From NCBI GenBank assembly GCA_965250005.1, contig OZ252279.1, positions 1,110,001 through 1,142,000 on the forward strand: DNA of 32,000 nt, given 5' to 3'. The notes below the pieces were generated by a model. That model did no database searches. It had not been told where the DNA came from and saw nothing but the letters and a program-made list of their open reading frames with translations. Positions 8,410 through 18,593 of the stretch are shown piece by piece. A program made the position numbers and the translations under genes. Source of the DNA: Demequinaceae bacterium (GTDB lineage Bacteria > Actinomycetota > Actinomycetes > Actinomycetales > Demequinaceae). The first letter of the stretch is position 1. Each line of letters begins with the position of its first letter.

Positions 8410-10497
8410 ATGCTAGGGGGTGTGAGTCGGAGCATATTCATCACCTCGGCCGAGGGCAACAGTGGCAAGTCCACAGTAGCCCTCGGCATTGTCGACCTCT
8501 TGGCCCGAAACGTCGGCAAGGTCGGCGTGTTCAGGCCGGTCGCACGCGTGGGCGACGGCTCGGACTACGTCCTGCAACTTCTTTTGGGGCACGACGGCGT
8601 TGACCTCAACTACAACGAGTGCGTGGGCGCCACTTACGACGACGTCCACAACGACCCCGACGGCACGCTCGCCACCATCGTCGCGCGCTATCACGAGGTC
8701 GCCAAGAAGTGTGACGCCGTCGTGGTGATCGGGACCGACTACACCGACATCGCCGGGCCCGCGGAGTTCGAGTACAACGCACGGATAGCGGCCAATCTCG
8801 GGATGCCCGTGGCCCTCGTCGTGAGCGGTGCGCACCGCACTCCGAAGGAGGTCGCACGCGTCGTCGAAGCCGCGAGCGTCGAACTCAAAGACTCGCACGC
8901 GCACCTGGCCGCGGTATTCGCGAATCGCTGCGAACCCTCTCAGGTGGACAGCGTCCGTGCCGCTCTACCCGCTGCTACCGCCATGGGCGCCCTCCCTGAA
9001 GACCCCGTGTTAACTGCGCCAATACTGTCGGCCCTCGTGTCTTCGGTGGACGGAGAACTGATCAGCGGAGACCCCGACCTCTTGGGCCGAGAAGTGTTTG
9101 GCGTCACCATCGGCGCGATGACGGTCGACCATTTGCTTGACCGGCTCGAAGAAGGCCACGTGGTCATCACCCCAGGCGACCGCGCCGACGTCGTCATCGG
9201 ATTGCTCGCGGCGCACGCGGCGGACGGCTACCCAAGCCTGGCCGGCATCATACTTAACGGCGGATTCTTGCCGTCCACCCCGGTGATGCGCCTGCTCGAC
9301 GGTATGAAAACTCCCGTGCCAATCATCAGGACCAAACTGGGCACATTCAAGGCGGCCAAAAGGTGCGGAAACACTCGCGGCCGCCTCTCTCGGGAATCGT
9401 CGCTCAAAGTCGACACCGCGCTCGGCCTCTTCGAACGCCACGTGGACGCGGCGGCCCTGCTCACGCTCCTAGACGTCGCGCGCACCGACGTCGTGACGCC
9501 CCTGATGTTCGAATGGGACTTACTTGACCGTGCCCGGCAGACGCGCCAGCACATCGTCCTGCCGGAGGGCGACGACGACCGCATCCTCCGTGCGGCCTCC
9601 ACGCTGCTGAGCCGCGACGTGGTTGACCTCACCATCCTCGGACGGGAGTCAACGGTTCGCTCCCGCGCATCGGAGTTGGGAGTGAACATCGCCCAAGCCG
9701 CTGTGCTGAATCCAGAAGACCCCGAGCTGGTCGAGCGCTTCGCCGCCCAGTACGCCCAACTGCGCTCCCACAAAGGAGTCTCCCTCGAGAACGCGCGCGG
9801 CACCGTGAAGGACGTCAGCTATTTCGGCACAATGATGGTGCTCGAGGGCTTGGCCGACGGCATGGTTTCCGGCGCTGCGCACACCACGGCGCACACGATC
9901 ACGCCTGCGTTCCAGGTGATCAAGACTCCCCCTGGCGTGAGCATCGTGTCGTCCGTGTTCTTGATGTGCCTCGAGGACCGCGTACTCGTATATGGCGACT
10001 GCGCGATCAATCCCGATCCCACCGCCGAGCAGCTCGCCGACATCGCGATCTCATCCGCCGAGACTGCAGCCCAGTTCCACATCGAGCCACGCGTTGCCAT
10101 GCTCAGTTACTCGACGGGAGAATCCGGAACCGGCGACGACGTGGACAAAGTGCGCGCCGCAACTGAACTGGTCCGCGCACGTCGACCGGACCTCTTGGTA
10201 GACGGCCCCATGCAATACGACGCTGCCATCGAGCCAAGTGTGGCAAGGAAGAAGATACCCGGCTCGGACGTCGCCGGCCGCGCTACTGTATTCGTTTTCC
10301 CTGATTTGAACACCGGCAACAACACGTACAAAGCCGTTCAGCGCTCCGCAGGCGCCGTCGCGATTGGGCCCGTGCTTCAAGGCTTGAAGAAGCCGGTAAA
10401 CGACCTGTCTCGCGGTGCCCTCGTGCAGGACATCGTCAACACAGTGGCGATTACGGCCATTCAGGCGCAACAGATCGAAGCAACGGAGCCCGCGTGA
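8410..10497 (+). CDS. pta: phosphate acetyltransferase, long form (P-loop plus DRTGG plus PTA domains)
   Basis: 695 aa. SIFITSAEGNSGKSTVALGI, central DRTGG-like region, C-terminal VSSVFLMCLEDRVLVYGDCAINPDPTAEQLADIAISSA. A GTG a few codons downstream could be the true start. Confidence 0.95.
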   Translation: MLGGVSRSIFITSAEGNSGKSTVALGIVDLLARNVGKVGVFRPVARVGDGSDYVLQLLLGHDGVDLNYNECVGATYDDVHNDPDGTLATIVARYHEVAKKCDAVVVIGTDYTDIAGPAEFEYNARIAANLGMPVALVVSGAHRTPKEVARVVEAASVELKDSHAHLAAVFANRCEPSQVDSVRAALPAATAMGALPEDPVLTAPILSALVSSVDGELISGDPDLLGREVFGVTIGAMTVDHLLDRLEEGHVVITPGDRADVVIGLLAAHAADGYPSLAGIILNGGFLPSTPVMRLLDGMKTPVPIIRTKLGTFKAAKRCGNTRGRLSRESSLKVDTALGLFERHVDAAALLTLLDVARTDVVTPLMFEWDLLDRARQTRQHIVLPEGDDDRILRAASTLLSRDVVDLTILGRESTVRSRASELGVNIAQAAVLNPEDPELVERFAAQYAQLRSHKGVSLENARGTVKDVSYFGTMMVLEGLADGMVSGAAHTTAHTITPAFQVIKTPPGVSIVSSVFLMCLEDRVLVYGDCAINPDPTAEQLADIAISSAETAAQFHIEPRVAMLSYSTGESGTGDDVDKVRAATELVRARRPDLLVDGPMQYDAAIEPSVARKKIPGSDVAGRATVFVFPDLNTGNNTYKAVQRSAGAVAIGPVLQGLKKPVNDLSRGALVQDIVNTVAITAIQAQQIEATEPA

Positions 10498-11639
10498 GGA
10501 AATCGCCGACGGGCGTCGCACTCGTCCTTAACTGTGGGTCGAGCTCGGTCAAATTTCAGGTGGTTGACGTCGCCAAGCCCGAGCCGCTCGCGGAGGGACT
10601 GATCGAGCGCGTCGACAACCACTCCGAGGCGATCGAGAGAATCATCGCGTCGCTCGCCGCGCCCGACAGCGGCGTGAGCCTCCAAGACATCAGCGTTGTA
10701 GGTCACCGCGTTGTCCAAGGCGGCGCCGAGTTCTCCGCTCCGACCGTTATCGACGACGAAGTCGAGCACCAAGTAACCCTGCTTTCCACGCTCGCGCCGT
10801 TACACAACCCGCCCAACCTCGCTGGCATAGCGGCCGCGCGCGTCGCGTTTCCGCTGCTATCTCATGTCGCAGTTTTCGACACCGCCTTTCACCACTCATT
10901 GCCCGAGGCTGCCTACACGTACGCGATCGACCGACTCGTGGCCGAGGCCCACGGCGTGCGGCGATACGGGTTTCACGGGACGTCCTACGCGTACGTTTCG
11001 CGCGAAACAGCCTCCGCAATGCGACGGGACATAAAGGATCTGTCGATGGTGGTGCTACACCTTGGCAACGGCGCGTCGGCGTGCGCCATACAGGGCGGCC
11101 GAAGTGTCGACACGTCAATGGGCCTGACACCCCTCGAGGGCCTAGTCATGGGCACTCGCTCGGGCGACCTCGACCCTGCCGTCGTTTTCCACCTGTCGCG
11201 CGCCGCTGGCATGGACACTGGGGAGATAGATCACCTGCTGAATCGGCGAAGCGGAATGCTCGGCATGGCCGGCCATTCAGATATGCGTGACATTGAAGGC
11301 GCCATGTTGGCGGGAGACCCAGGCGCCCTCCTGGCGCACGAGGTGTACTGCAGGCGAATCAAGGGCTATGTTGGCCGCTACTACGCTCAGATGGGTGCGC
11401 TTGACGCTGTGGTTTTCACGGCTGGCGTGGGCGAGAACTCGGACGTCGTACGCGCGGACTCGCTCGGCGGGCTCGAGGCGCTCGGGATCGAGATTGATCC
11501 CAAACTCAATGCCGGGCGCAAGAACAAGCCGACCCGAGTATCGTCCAAGAACTCTCGCGTCGAGGTATGGGTGGTGCCCACTAACGAGGAGCGAGAGATC
11601 GCGCTTCAAGCCGTTGCGACTGTGGCGACCTCGAGCTAA
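10494..11639 (+). CDS. ackA: acetate kinase
   Basis: 381 aa. VLNCGSSSVKFQV, YGFHGTSYAYVS, HLGNGASACAI, FTAGVGENS. GTGA overlap with pta. Confidence 0.98.
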   Translation: MRKSPTGVALVLNCGSSSVKFQVVDVAKPEPLAEGLIERVDNHSEAIERIIASLAAPDSGVSLQDISVVGHRVVQGGAEFSAPTVIDDEVEHQVTLLSTLAPLHNPPNLAGIAAARVAFPLLSHVAVFDTAFHHSLPEAAYTYAIDRLVAEAHGVRRYGFHGTSYAYVSRETASAMRRDIKDLSMVVLHLGNGASACAIQGGRSVDTSMGLTPLEGLVMGTRSGDLDPAVVFHLSRAAGMDTGEIDHLLNRRSGMLGMAGHSDMRDIEGAMLAGDPGALLAHEVYCRRIKGYVGRYYAQMGALDAVVFTAGVGENSDVVRADSLGGLEALGIEIDPKLNAGRKNKPTRVSSKNSRVEVWVVPTNEEREIALQAVATVATSS

Positions 11640-11665
11640 AGAGACTGCTCGCTCCGCGCGACACC

Positions 11666-11687
11666 CCCAGCGCTTCAGAGCGCTGGG
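11666..11687 (+). terminator. strong hairpin 26 nt after ackA, candidate terminator
   Basis: CCCAGCGCT-tcag-AGCGCTGGG, perfect 9-bp stem with 4-nt loop and no U-tract. Confidence 0.5.
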
Positions 11688-12128
11688 CCCGCGACCGGGA
11701 CTAAGGACCCAGGGCGCCGCAACTGGCCAGTGCCAGACTCTGAAGTGCGGGTCTGACCGTGTGCCACGGCTTCGAGCCCGTCGGAGTTTCACTCCGCCAA
11801 CTGAATAGACATTCCTGATTCCTTCGATCGGGAACCGTGCCGGAGTGCTCAGCAGGGTCACGTTTCGCGTGCCTCTGTGATGACAGTTCTCTACTCGGGG
11901 TGACTTACCCTCCCATATTGCCCCGGCGAACGCTTCGGCCAACGTCACGAGAGTGGCGAGCGGGACTACGCCCTGTTTGACGCCTGCTGCACTATTGCCG
12001 TTCCATGCGACGCGAGGGTTGCATGTGGACCGGCGGCGCGGCGCGACGGGCTCGCTCGTTGCTCTCGCGGCATGTCCGCTTCTTCTCGCCCGCACGGCGA
12101 CCACTGCCAGCACGACTACCCTGAACCC

Positions 12129-14033
12129 GTGGCCCACCTCTTAAGCGCAGACGCGCTGCACCTAGACTTTGGCTCGGGAACCGTCCTCGACTCCGTCTCC
12201 CTTGGCCTTGACGATGGCGATCGGATCGGAATCGTTGGCGACAACGGCGCCGGAAAATCGTCACTCGTCAAGCTCCTAGACGGCAGGCTAGAACCGCACG
12301 AGGGTCGCGTGACGCGCGCCCGCGGCGTCACGGTCGGCGTGCTCGACCAAGACGACGGAATCGACCTTGCGCACACGGTGATCGAGGCGATCGTGGGCGA
12401 TGCCGACGACCACGAGTGGTCCTCGGACCCGCGCGTGCGAGACATCATGACCGGACTCGTTCCCGACATCGCGGGCGACGCATTGGTGGGCTCGCTCTCG
12501 GGTGGCCAGCAACGTCGCGTTGCACTTGCCAGGGTGCTCGTGGGTGATCACGACGTCCTATTCCTTGACGAGCCCACAAATCACCTCGATGTCGACGGCG
12601 TGACGTGGCTCGCCGAGCACGTGAAGCGGCGCTGGGGAGCGGGCAAGGGCGCCCTAGCTGTCATCACTCACGATCGCTGGTTCCTCGATGAGGTGTCCAC
12701 TGATACCTGGGAAGTACACCACGGCCGCGTGGACCAGTACGAAGGCGGCTACGCGTCATACGTATTGCAGCGGGTCGAGCGCGACCGGGTTTCCAACGTC
12801 ACGGAACAGCGGCGCCAGAACCTCATGCGCAAGGAGCTCGCGTGGTTGCGGCGCGGCGCACCCGCGCGGACCAGCAAGCCCAAGTTCCGGATCGAAGCCG
12901 CCAATGCCTTGATCGAGGACGTGCCGCCCGTGCGCGACACCGCTGGACTAGTCCGCCTCGCGGCGGCGAGGCTCGGCAAAGAAGTCGTCAACGTCCTTAA
13001 CTGCTCCGTCACCTACGGAACCGGAGACGACGCGGTCGAGGTTCTCAAGGATGTCGAATGGCGCATCGGCCCCGGGGAACGGACCGGAATTCTTGGCGAA
13101 AACGGCGCGGGAAAGTCCACTCTGCTCAAGCTGATTTCGGGTGAACTCCAGCCCACGTCCGGGCGTGTGAAGCGCGGGCTAACTGTCAAGGTCTCCCAAC
13201 TGAGCCAGCATCTTCACGAGCTAGACGAGTACGAGAACGAGCGATTGCGTGCCGTCGTCAAGCGTTACCACTCGACCACGCTCGCCGACGGCACGGAGAT
13301 GTCCCCCGGCCAGCTCCTCGAGAGGTTGGGCTTTACCTCCGCCCAACTGTCGATCCAGGTTGGCAAGTTGAGTGGCGGTCAACGGCGCCGCCTCCAGCTG
13401 TTGCTTGTTCTTCTGTCGGAGCCAAACGTCCTTGTACTCGACGAGCCGACGAACGACCTGGACACGGATATGCTCGCCGCCATCGAGGACCTGCTTGACG
13501 CCTGGCCAGGCGCCCTGATCGTCGTGAGCCACGACCGGTACCTGCTCGAGCGCGTAACCGACCAGCAATACGCCGTGACTGGCGGTGCACTGCGCCATCT
13601 TCCGGGCGGAATCGACCAGTACATTGAACTGTCACGCGAACGACGAGCCAAACAGGGCGGCGTGGGCGCGTTCGGCGGCCGGCATGCTTTCGGCAAAGCC
13701 AAGAAATCCAAAGCGCAGTCGGCCAATGCACGGGCAGCTGTCCCCACTGGGAACCCTCGCGAGAGGAAGCGGTCGAGGACGTCAAGTGCGCCTACAGCAG
13801 CGCCCGAACTCGCCGGAGCTGAGCGCCGCGTAATCGAGAAGGAGGTCGCAGCAGCCGAGCGACGCCTCCAGAAGCTCACACAGTTGAGCAAGAAAGTTCA
13901 CGCCGAAATGGCTGGACACAATCAGTCCGACTTTGAGGGTCTCAAGGCGCTAAATAACAGACTTCGTGCCTACGCAGCCGAGACCGCGACGCTCGAAGGC
14001 TCCTGGCTGGAGATGACCGACCAGCTGGGCTAA
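12129..14033 (+). CDS. ABC-F family duplicated ATP-binding cassette ATPase (Uup-like)
   Basis: Two Walker A motifs (GDNGAGKSS, GENGAGKST), two signature regions (LSGGQQRR, LSGGQRRR), DEPTNHLD and DEPTNDLD, linker between, no TM. An in-frame ATG at 12072 is an alternative start. Confidence 0.93.
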   Translation: MAHLLSADALHLDFGSGTVLDSVSLGLDDGDRIGIVGDNGAGKSSLVKLLDGRLEPHEGRVTRARGVTVGVLDQDDGIDLAHTVIEAIVGDADDHEWSSDPRVRDIMTGLVPDIAGDALVGSLSGGQQRRVALARVLVGDHDVLFLDEPTNHLDVDGVTWLAEHVKRRWGAGKGALAVITHDRWFLDEVSTDTWEVHHGRVDQYEGGYASYVLQRVERDRVSNVTEQRRQNLMRKELAWLRRGAPARTSKPKFRIEAANALIEDVPPVRDTAGLVRLAAARLGKEVVNVLNCSVTYGTGDDAVEVLKDVEWRIGPGERTGILGENGAGKSTLLKLISGELQPTSGRVKRGLTVKVSQLSQHLHELDEYENERLRAVVKRYHSTTLADGTEMSPGQLLERLGFTSAQLSIQVGKLSGGQRRRLQLLLVLLSEPNVLVLDEPTNDLDTDMLAAIEDLLDAWPGALIVVSHDRYLLERVTDQQYAVTGGALRHLPGGIDQYIELSRERRAKQGGVGAFGGRHAFGKAKKSKAQSANARAAVPTGNPRERKRSRTSSAPTAAPELAGAERRVIEKEVAAAERRLQKLTQLSKKVHAEMAGHNQSDFEGLKALNNRLRAYAAETATLEGSWLEMTDQLG

Positions 14034-14045
14034 CTCTGCGAGGGA

Positions 14046-15179
14046 CTACCCGACCCGCCCCGGTTGATACGGAGCGACCACCACATCGACGCGCTGGAAC
14101 TCCTTGAGGTCTGAATACCCCGTCGTGGCCATTGACCGTCGCAGCGCACCCATGAGATTTGTGGTGCCGTCCGCGCGCTTGCCCGGGCCCAGCACGATTT
14201 CTTCGAGGGTCCCCACCTCGCCCACCTGAACTCGTTCGCCACGTGGAAGCTCGGCGTGGTGAGCTTCGTGGCCCCAATGGTATCCGCCACCGGGCGCCTC
14301 CGCGGCTCGTGCCAAAGCCGCGCCAACCATCATGGCGTCTGCGCCACACGCAATCGCTTTGACCATGTCCCCCGACCGGCCGAGGCCGCCGTCCGCGATT
14401 ACGTGTACATACCGTCCACCGGACTCGTCCAGGTAGTCCCGGCGAGCCGCCGCTACATCGGCGACTGCGGTCGCCATGGGCGTGTGAATCCCCACCGTAG
14501 TGCGCGTGGTGTGGGCTGCGCCGCCCCCGAACCCCACGAGCACGCCAGCGGCACCGGTGCGCATCAGGTGCAGGGCCGCCTGGTACGTCGACGCACCGCC
14601 CACGATGACCGGAACGTCAAGGTCGTAGATGAACTTCTTGAGGTTGAGCGGCTCGCTTTCCTCCGACACGTGCTCGGCAGACACCGTGGTGCCGCGGATC
14701 ACGAAGATGTCGACACCGGCCTCCAACACAGTCTTGTATAGCTCTTGCGTCCGGTGGGGCGTGAGTGCGCCAGCAACCGTGACTCCGGCGTCCCTCATGG
14801 CGCGCAGGTGTTTCTTGACCAACTCAGGGTCAATGGAAGCACTGTAGATCTCCTGCATGCGCGCCGTCGCGTCTGCAGCATCCAACTGCGCGATTTCGGC
14901 GAGGTGCGGCTCCGGATGTTCGTATCGCGTCCAGAGCCCTTCGAGGTCGAGCACCCCAAGCCCGCCCATCTTGCCCAGCGCGATAGCGGTGGCGGGAGAC
15001 ATCACTGAGTCCATGGGCGCGGCTATGAGCGGCAGGTCGAATTGGAAAGCGTCGATCTGCCACTTGAGGCTGACCTGGTTGGGGTCGCGCGTGCGGCGCG
15101 AGGGCACCACGGCAACGTCGTCAAACGCGTACGCGCGGCGGCCGCGCTTGCCCACACCAATTTCAATCTCGTTGTTCAC
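14046..15179 (-). CDS. guaB3: GuaB3-type IMP dehydrogenase family protein
   Basis: 377 aa. IMPDH-like barrel (LIAAPMDSVMSPATAIALGKMGGLGVLDLEG) without CBS domains; GFGGGAAHTTRTTVGI loop; C-terminus SMATTGYSDLKEFQRVDVVVAPY. Confidence 0.9.
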   Translation of the reverse strand: MNNEIEIGVGKRGRRAYAFDDVAVVPSRRTRDPNQVSLKWQIDAFQFDLPLIAAPMDSVMSPATAIALGKMGGLGVLDLEGLWTRYEHPEPHLAEIAQLDAADATARMQEIYSASIDPELVKKHLRAMRDAGVTVAGALTPHRTQELYKTVLEAGVDIFVIRGTTVSAEHVSEESEPLNLKKFIYDLDVPVIVGGASTYQAALHLMRTGAAGVLVGFGGGAAHTTRTTVGIHTPMATAVADVAAARRDYLDESGGRYVHVIADGGLGRSGDMVKAIACGADAMMVGAALARAAEAPGGGYHWGHEAHHAELPRGERVQVGEVGTLEEIVLGPGKRADGTTNLMGALRRSMATTGYSDLKEFQRVDVVVAPYQPGRVG

Positions 15180-15239
15180 CCGTCTAGCGTAGCGGCACGC
15201 CTAGGGTCCACTGTCAGGGGGCAATGACAGAATGGTTCC

Positions 15240-15959
15240 ATGACCTGGCTAGAACGGACCATGGTGGGCTTCGACACGGAGACCACGGGCGTCAACACCT
15301 CGACAGACCGCATCGTCACCGCCGCGATCATCACACGCGACAACGCCGATGGCCCGCCCAACCAGCGCACGTGGCTCATCAACCCCGGCGTAGACATCCC
15401 CGCCGCCGCGACCGCTGTACATGGCATCACCACGGAACAGGCTCGCGACGCCGGGGTTTCACCGCAAGACGCGCTGGGAGAAATCGCCACGCTGCTGGCA
15501 AGCGCGCTGCGCGGCGGGTCGCCGGTTGTGGCGTTCAACGCCACCTTCGACATCTCGATACTCGAGGCGGAACTAGCAAGGTACCGCCTGCCGACGCTCA
15601 CCCAGCGCCTCAGCGATGCAGCAGGCATCAGGCCCCTCGTTGATCCGCTCGTGCTCGACAGGCATCTCGATCGCTACCGGCGCGGTAAGCGCACGTTGCT
15701 AGACCTGTGCGGCCACTACAACCTTGAGATCAACGCTGATGATCTACATGCAGCAGATGCAGACGTGCTCGCAACCATGGACCTGGTCCACGCGATGTCG
15801 CGGGTGTACCCCACGCTCGGTCAGGTAGAACTTACCGACCTGCACGACCAGCAAGTAGTAGCGCACCGCGCGTGGGCGGAAAATTTCCGTGCCTGGCTTA
15901 CGTCAAAGGGCAAAACGGACGATTTGCCAAGCGTCGACTGGCCCCTGCCAGTTCAGTAG
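15240..15959 (+). CDS. DEDDh 3'-5' exonuclease (DnaQ/PolIII epsilon-like)
   Basis: GFDTETTGVN, VVAFNATFDISIL, LHAADADVLATMDL. Confidence 0.88.
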   Translation: MTWLERTMVGFDTETTGVNTSTDRIVTAAIITRDNADGPPNQRTWLINPGVDIPAAATAVHGITTEQARDAGVSPQDALGEIATLLASALRGGSPVVAFNATFDISILEAELARYRLPTLTQRLSDAAGIRPLVDPLVLDRHLDRYRRGKRTLLDLCGHYNLEINADDLHAADADVLATMDLVHAMSRVYPTLGQVELTDLHDQQVVAHRAWAENFRAWLTSKGKTDDLPSVDWPLPVQ

Positions 15960-15968
15960 CGACGTGCA

Positions 15969-17489
<1,521 letters not shown>

Positions 17490-17537
17490 CTACGGGAAGC
17501 AGACTGTCCCATTTCGCCCCGGTTTGAATACCCCCTA

Positions 17538-17553
17538 CCCCCATAAGTGGGGG
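17538..17553. other. short hairpin in the guaB/whiB divergent intergenic region
   Basis: CCCCCA-TAAG-TGGGGG, perfect 6-bp stem. Confidence 0.4.
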
Positions 17554-17693
17554 CTGTTGACGGCGCGGTCCCGCCGCCAGACTGTCATCAAGCGAACGCC
17601 GCGATGCAGGATCGAGATACCGACGTTTCGATTTGTGGCGCTGAGGTAGAGGGCGACTTCCCATCAGGCAGCCGTCTCACGGGAGCTACGCCC

Positions 17694-17984
17694 ATGGAAA
17701 TCGCCACCAATGTGCTGTCACCTACTCAGGACGAGTGGGAGTGGCAATATGAAGGGTCCTGCCGACAAGCCGACCCCAACATCTTTTTTCACCCTGAAGG
17801 GGAGCGCGGTTCCGCAAGGCGCCGTCGCGCCGAGAAAGCAAAACGCTTCTGTGGTGACTGCCCGGTACTAGCCATGTGCCGAGAGCGTTCCCTCAACGCG
17901 CGCGAACCGTTTGGCGTCTGGGGTGGCCTGAGCGAAGATGAGCGCCACGCATTGCTCCGTGACCAGGTGAAGCAGGCCAGCTAG
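17694..17984 (+). CDS. WhiB-family iron-sulfur regulator, most like WhiB3/WhiD
   Basis: MEIATNVLSPTQDEWEWQYEGSCRQADPNIFFHPEGERG...KRFCGDCPVLAMCRERSLNAREPFGVWGGLSEDER. Cys-x(n)-CxxC-x5-C plus GVWGG turn. gggag upstream of the ATG. Confidence 0.9.
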   Translation: MEIATNVLSPTQDEWEWQYEGSCRQADPNIFFHPEGERGSARRRRAEKAKRFCGDCPVLAMCRERSLNAREPFGVWGGLSEDERHALLRDQVKQAS

Positions 17985-18025
17985 ACGCGAGTGACGCTTT
18001 CACTGCCAGATCGACCCCATACAGA

Positions 18026-18058
18026 TCGAGGGCCCCAGGATCAAGCCGGGGCCCTCGA
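18026..18058. terminator. bidirectional hairpin between convergent whiB and groES
   Basis: TCGAGGGCCCC-aggatcaagcc-GGGGCCCTCGA, perfect 11-bp stem. Confidence 0.7.
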
Positions 18059-18094
18059 CTGCTGTGTGCGACCCAACCGGGCCGCGATCAAAAC

Positions 18095-18388
18095 CTAACT
18101 GATCACCGCAAGCAGATCACGTGCGGAAAGGATGAGATAGTCCTCGCCGTCGTATTTGACTTCGGTGCCGCCGTACTTACTGTAGATAACCTTGTCGCCG
18201 ACGTTGACGTCCACAGGAATGCGGTTGCCATTATCGTCAATGCGACCAGGTCCAACCGCCACGACTTCGCCCTCTTGGGGCTTCTCCTTGGCGGTGTCAG
18301 GGATGACGAGTCCAGAGGCAGTAGTCTGCTCGGCATCTGCCGACTTGACCGCGACCTTGTCCTCGAGGGGCTTGATAGAGACCGACAC
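18095..18388 (-). CDS. groES: co-chaperonin GroES (10 kDa chaperonin)
   Basis: 97 aa from GTG: (M)[47 protein letters not shown]...[29 protein letters not shown]. Confidence 0.97.
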   Translation of the reverse strand: MSVSIKPLEDKVAVKSADAEQTTASGLVIPDTAKEKPQEGEVVAVGPGRIDDNGNRIPVDVNVGDKVIYSKYGGTEVKYDGEDYLILSARDLLAVIS

Positions 18389-18513
18389 TGCGGACCTCAC
18401 CTTCCACGTTCGTGCTGAAACGATTAGCGGCAGCGCCCGGGGTGAAGGTGACCTTCTGAGTGTCCTACCCGCCCACAAGTGCCGCTCGCGCTCCTTGCTG
18501 AAGCACTAACAAC

Positions 18514-18540
18514 TTAGCACTCGCATGGGGAGAGTGCTAA
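18514..18540. promoter_or_regulatory. CIRCE element (HrcA operator) upstream of groES
   Basis: TTAGCACTC-N9-GAGTGCTAA, perfect match to the CIRCE consensus. A TTGACA sits just upstream in the groES direction. Confidence 0.96.
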
Positions 18541-18593
18541 CTCTTGTCAACGCTTTCGCTTTCGGTGAAGTGGGAGCGTGCAATTATCGAGTC

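Noticed and set aside
11277-12137. 286-aa minus-strand ORF covering the ackA/ABC-F gap
   Set aside because: Half of it is antisense to ackA. Composition is Arg/Gly/Ser-rich with no motif or convincing SD. I kept the gap as a possible structured RNA region instead.
17547-17693. Extended WhiB N-terminus from the track start at 17547
   Set aside because: The added 49 aa lack WhiB character and the region overlaps the intergenic hairpin. ATG 17694 with upstream gggag is the better start.
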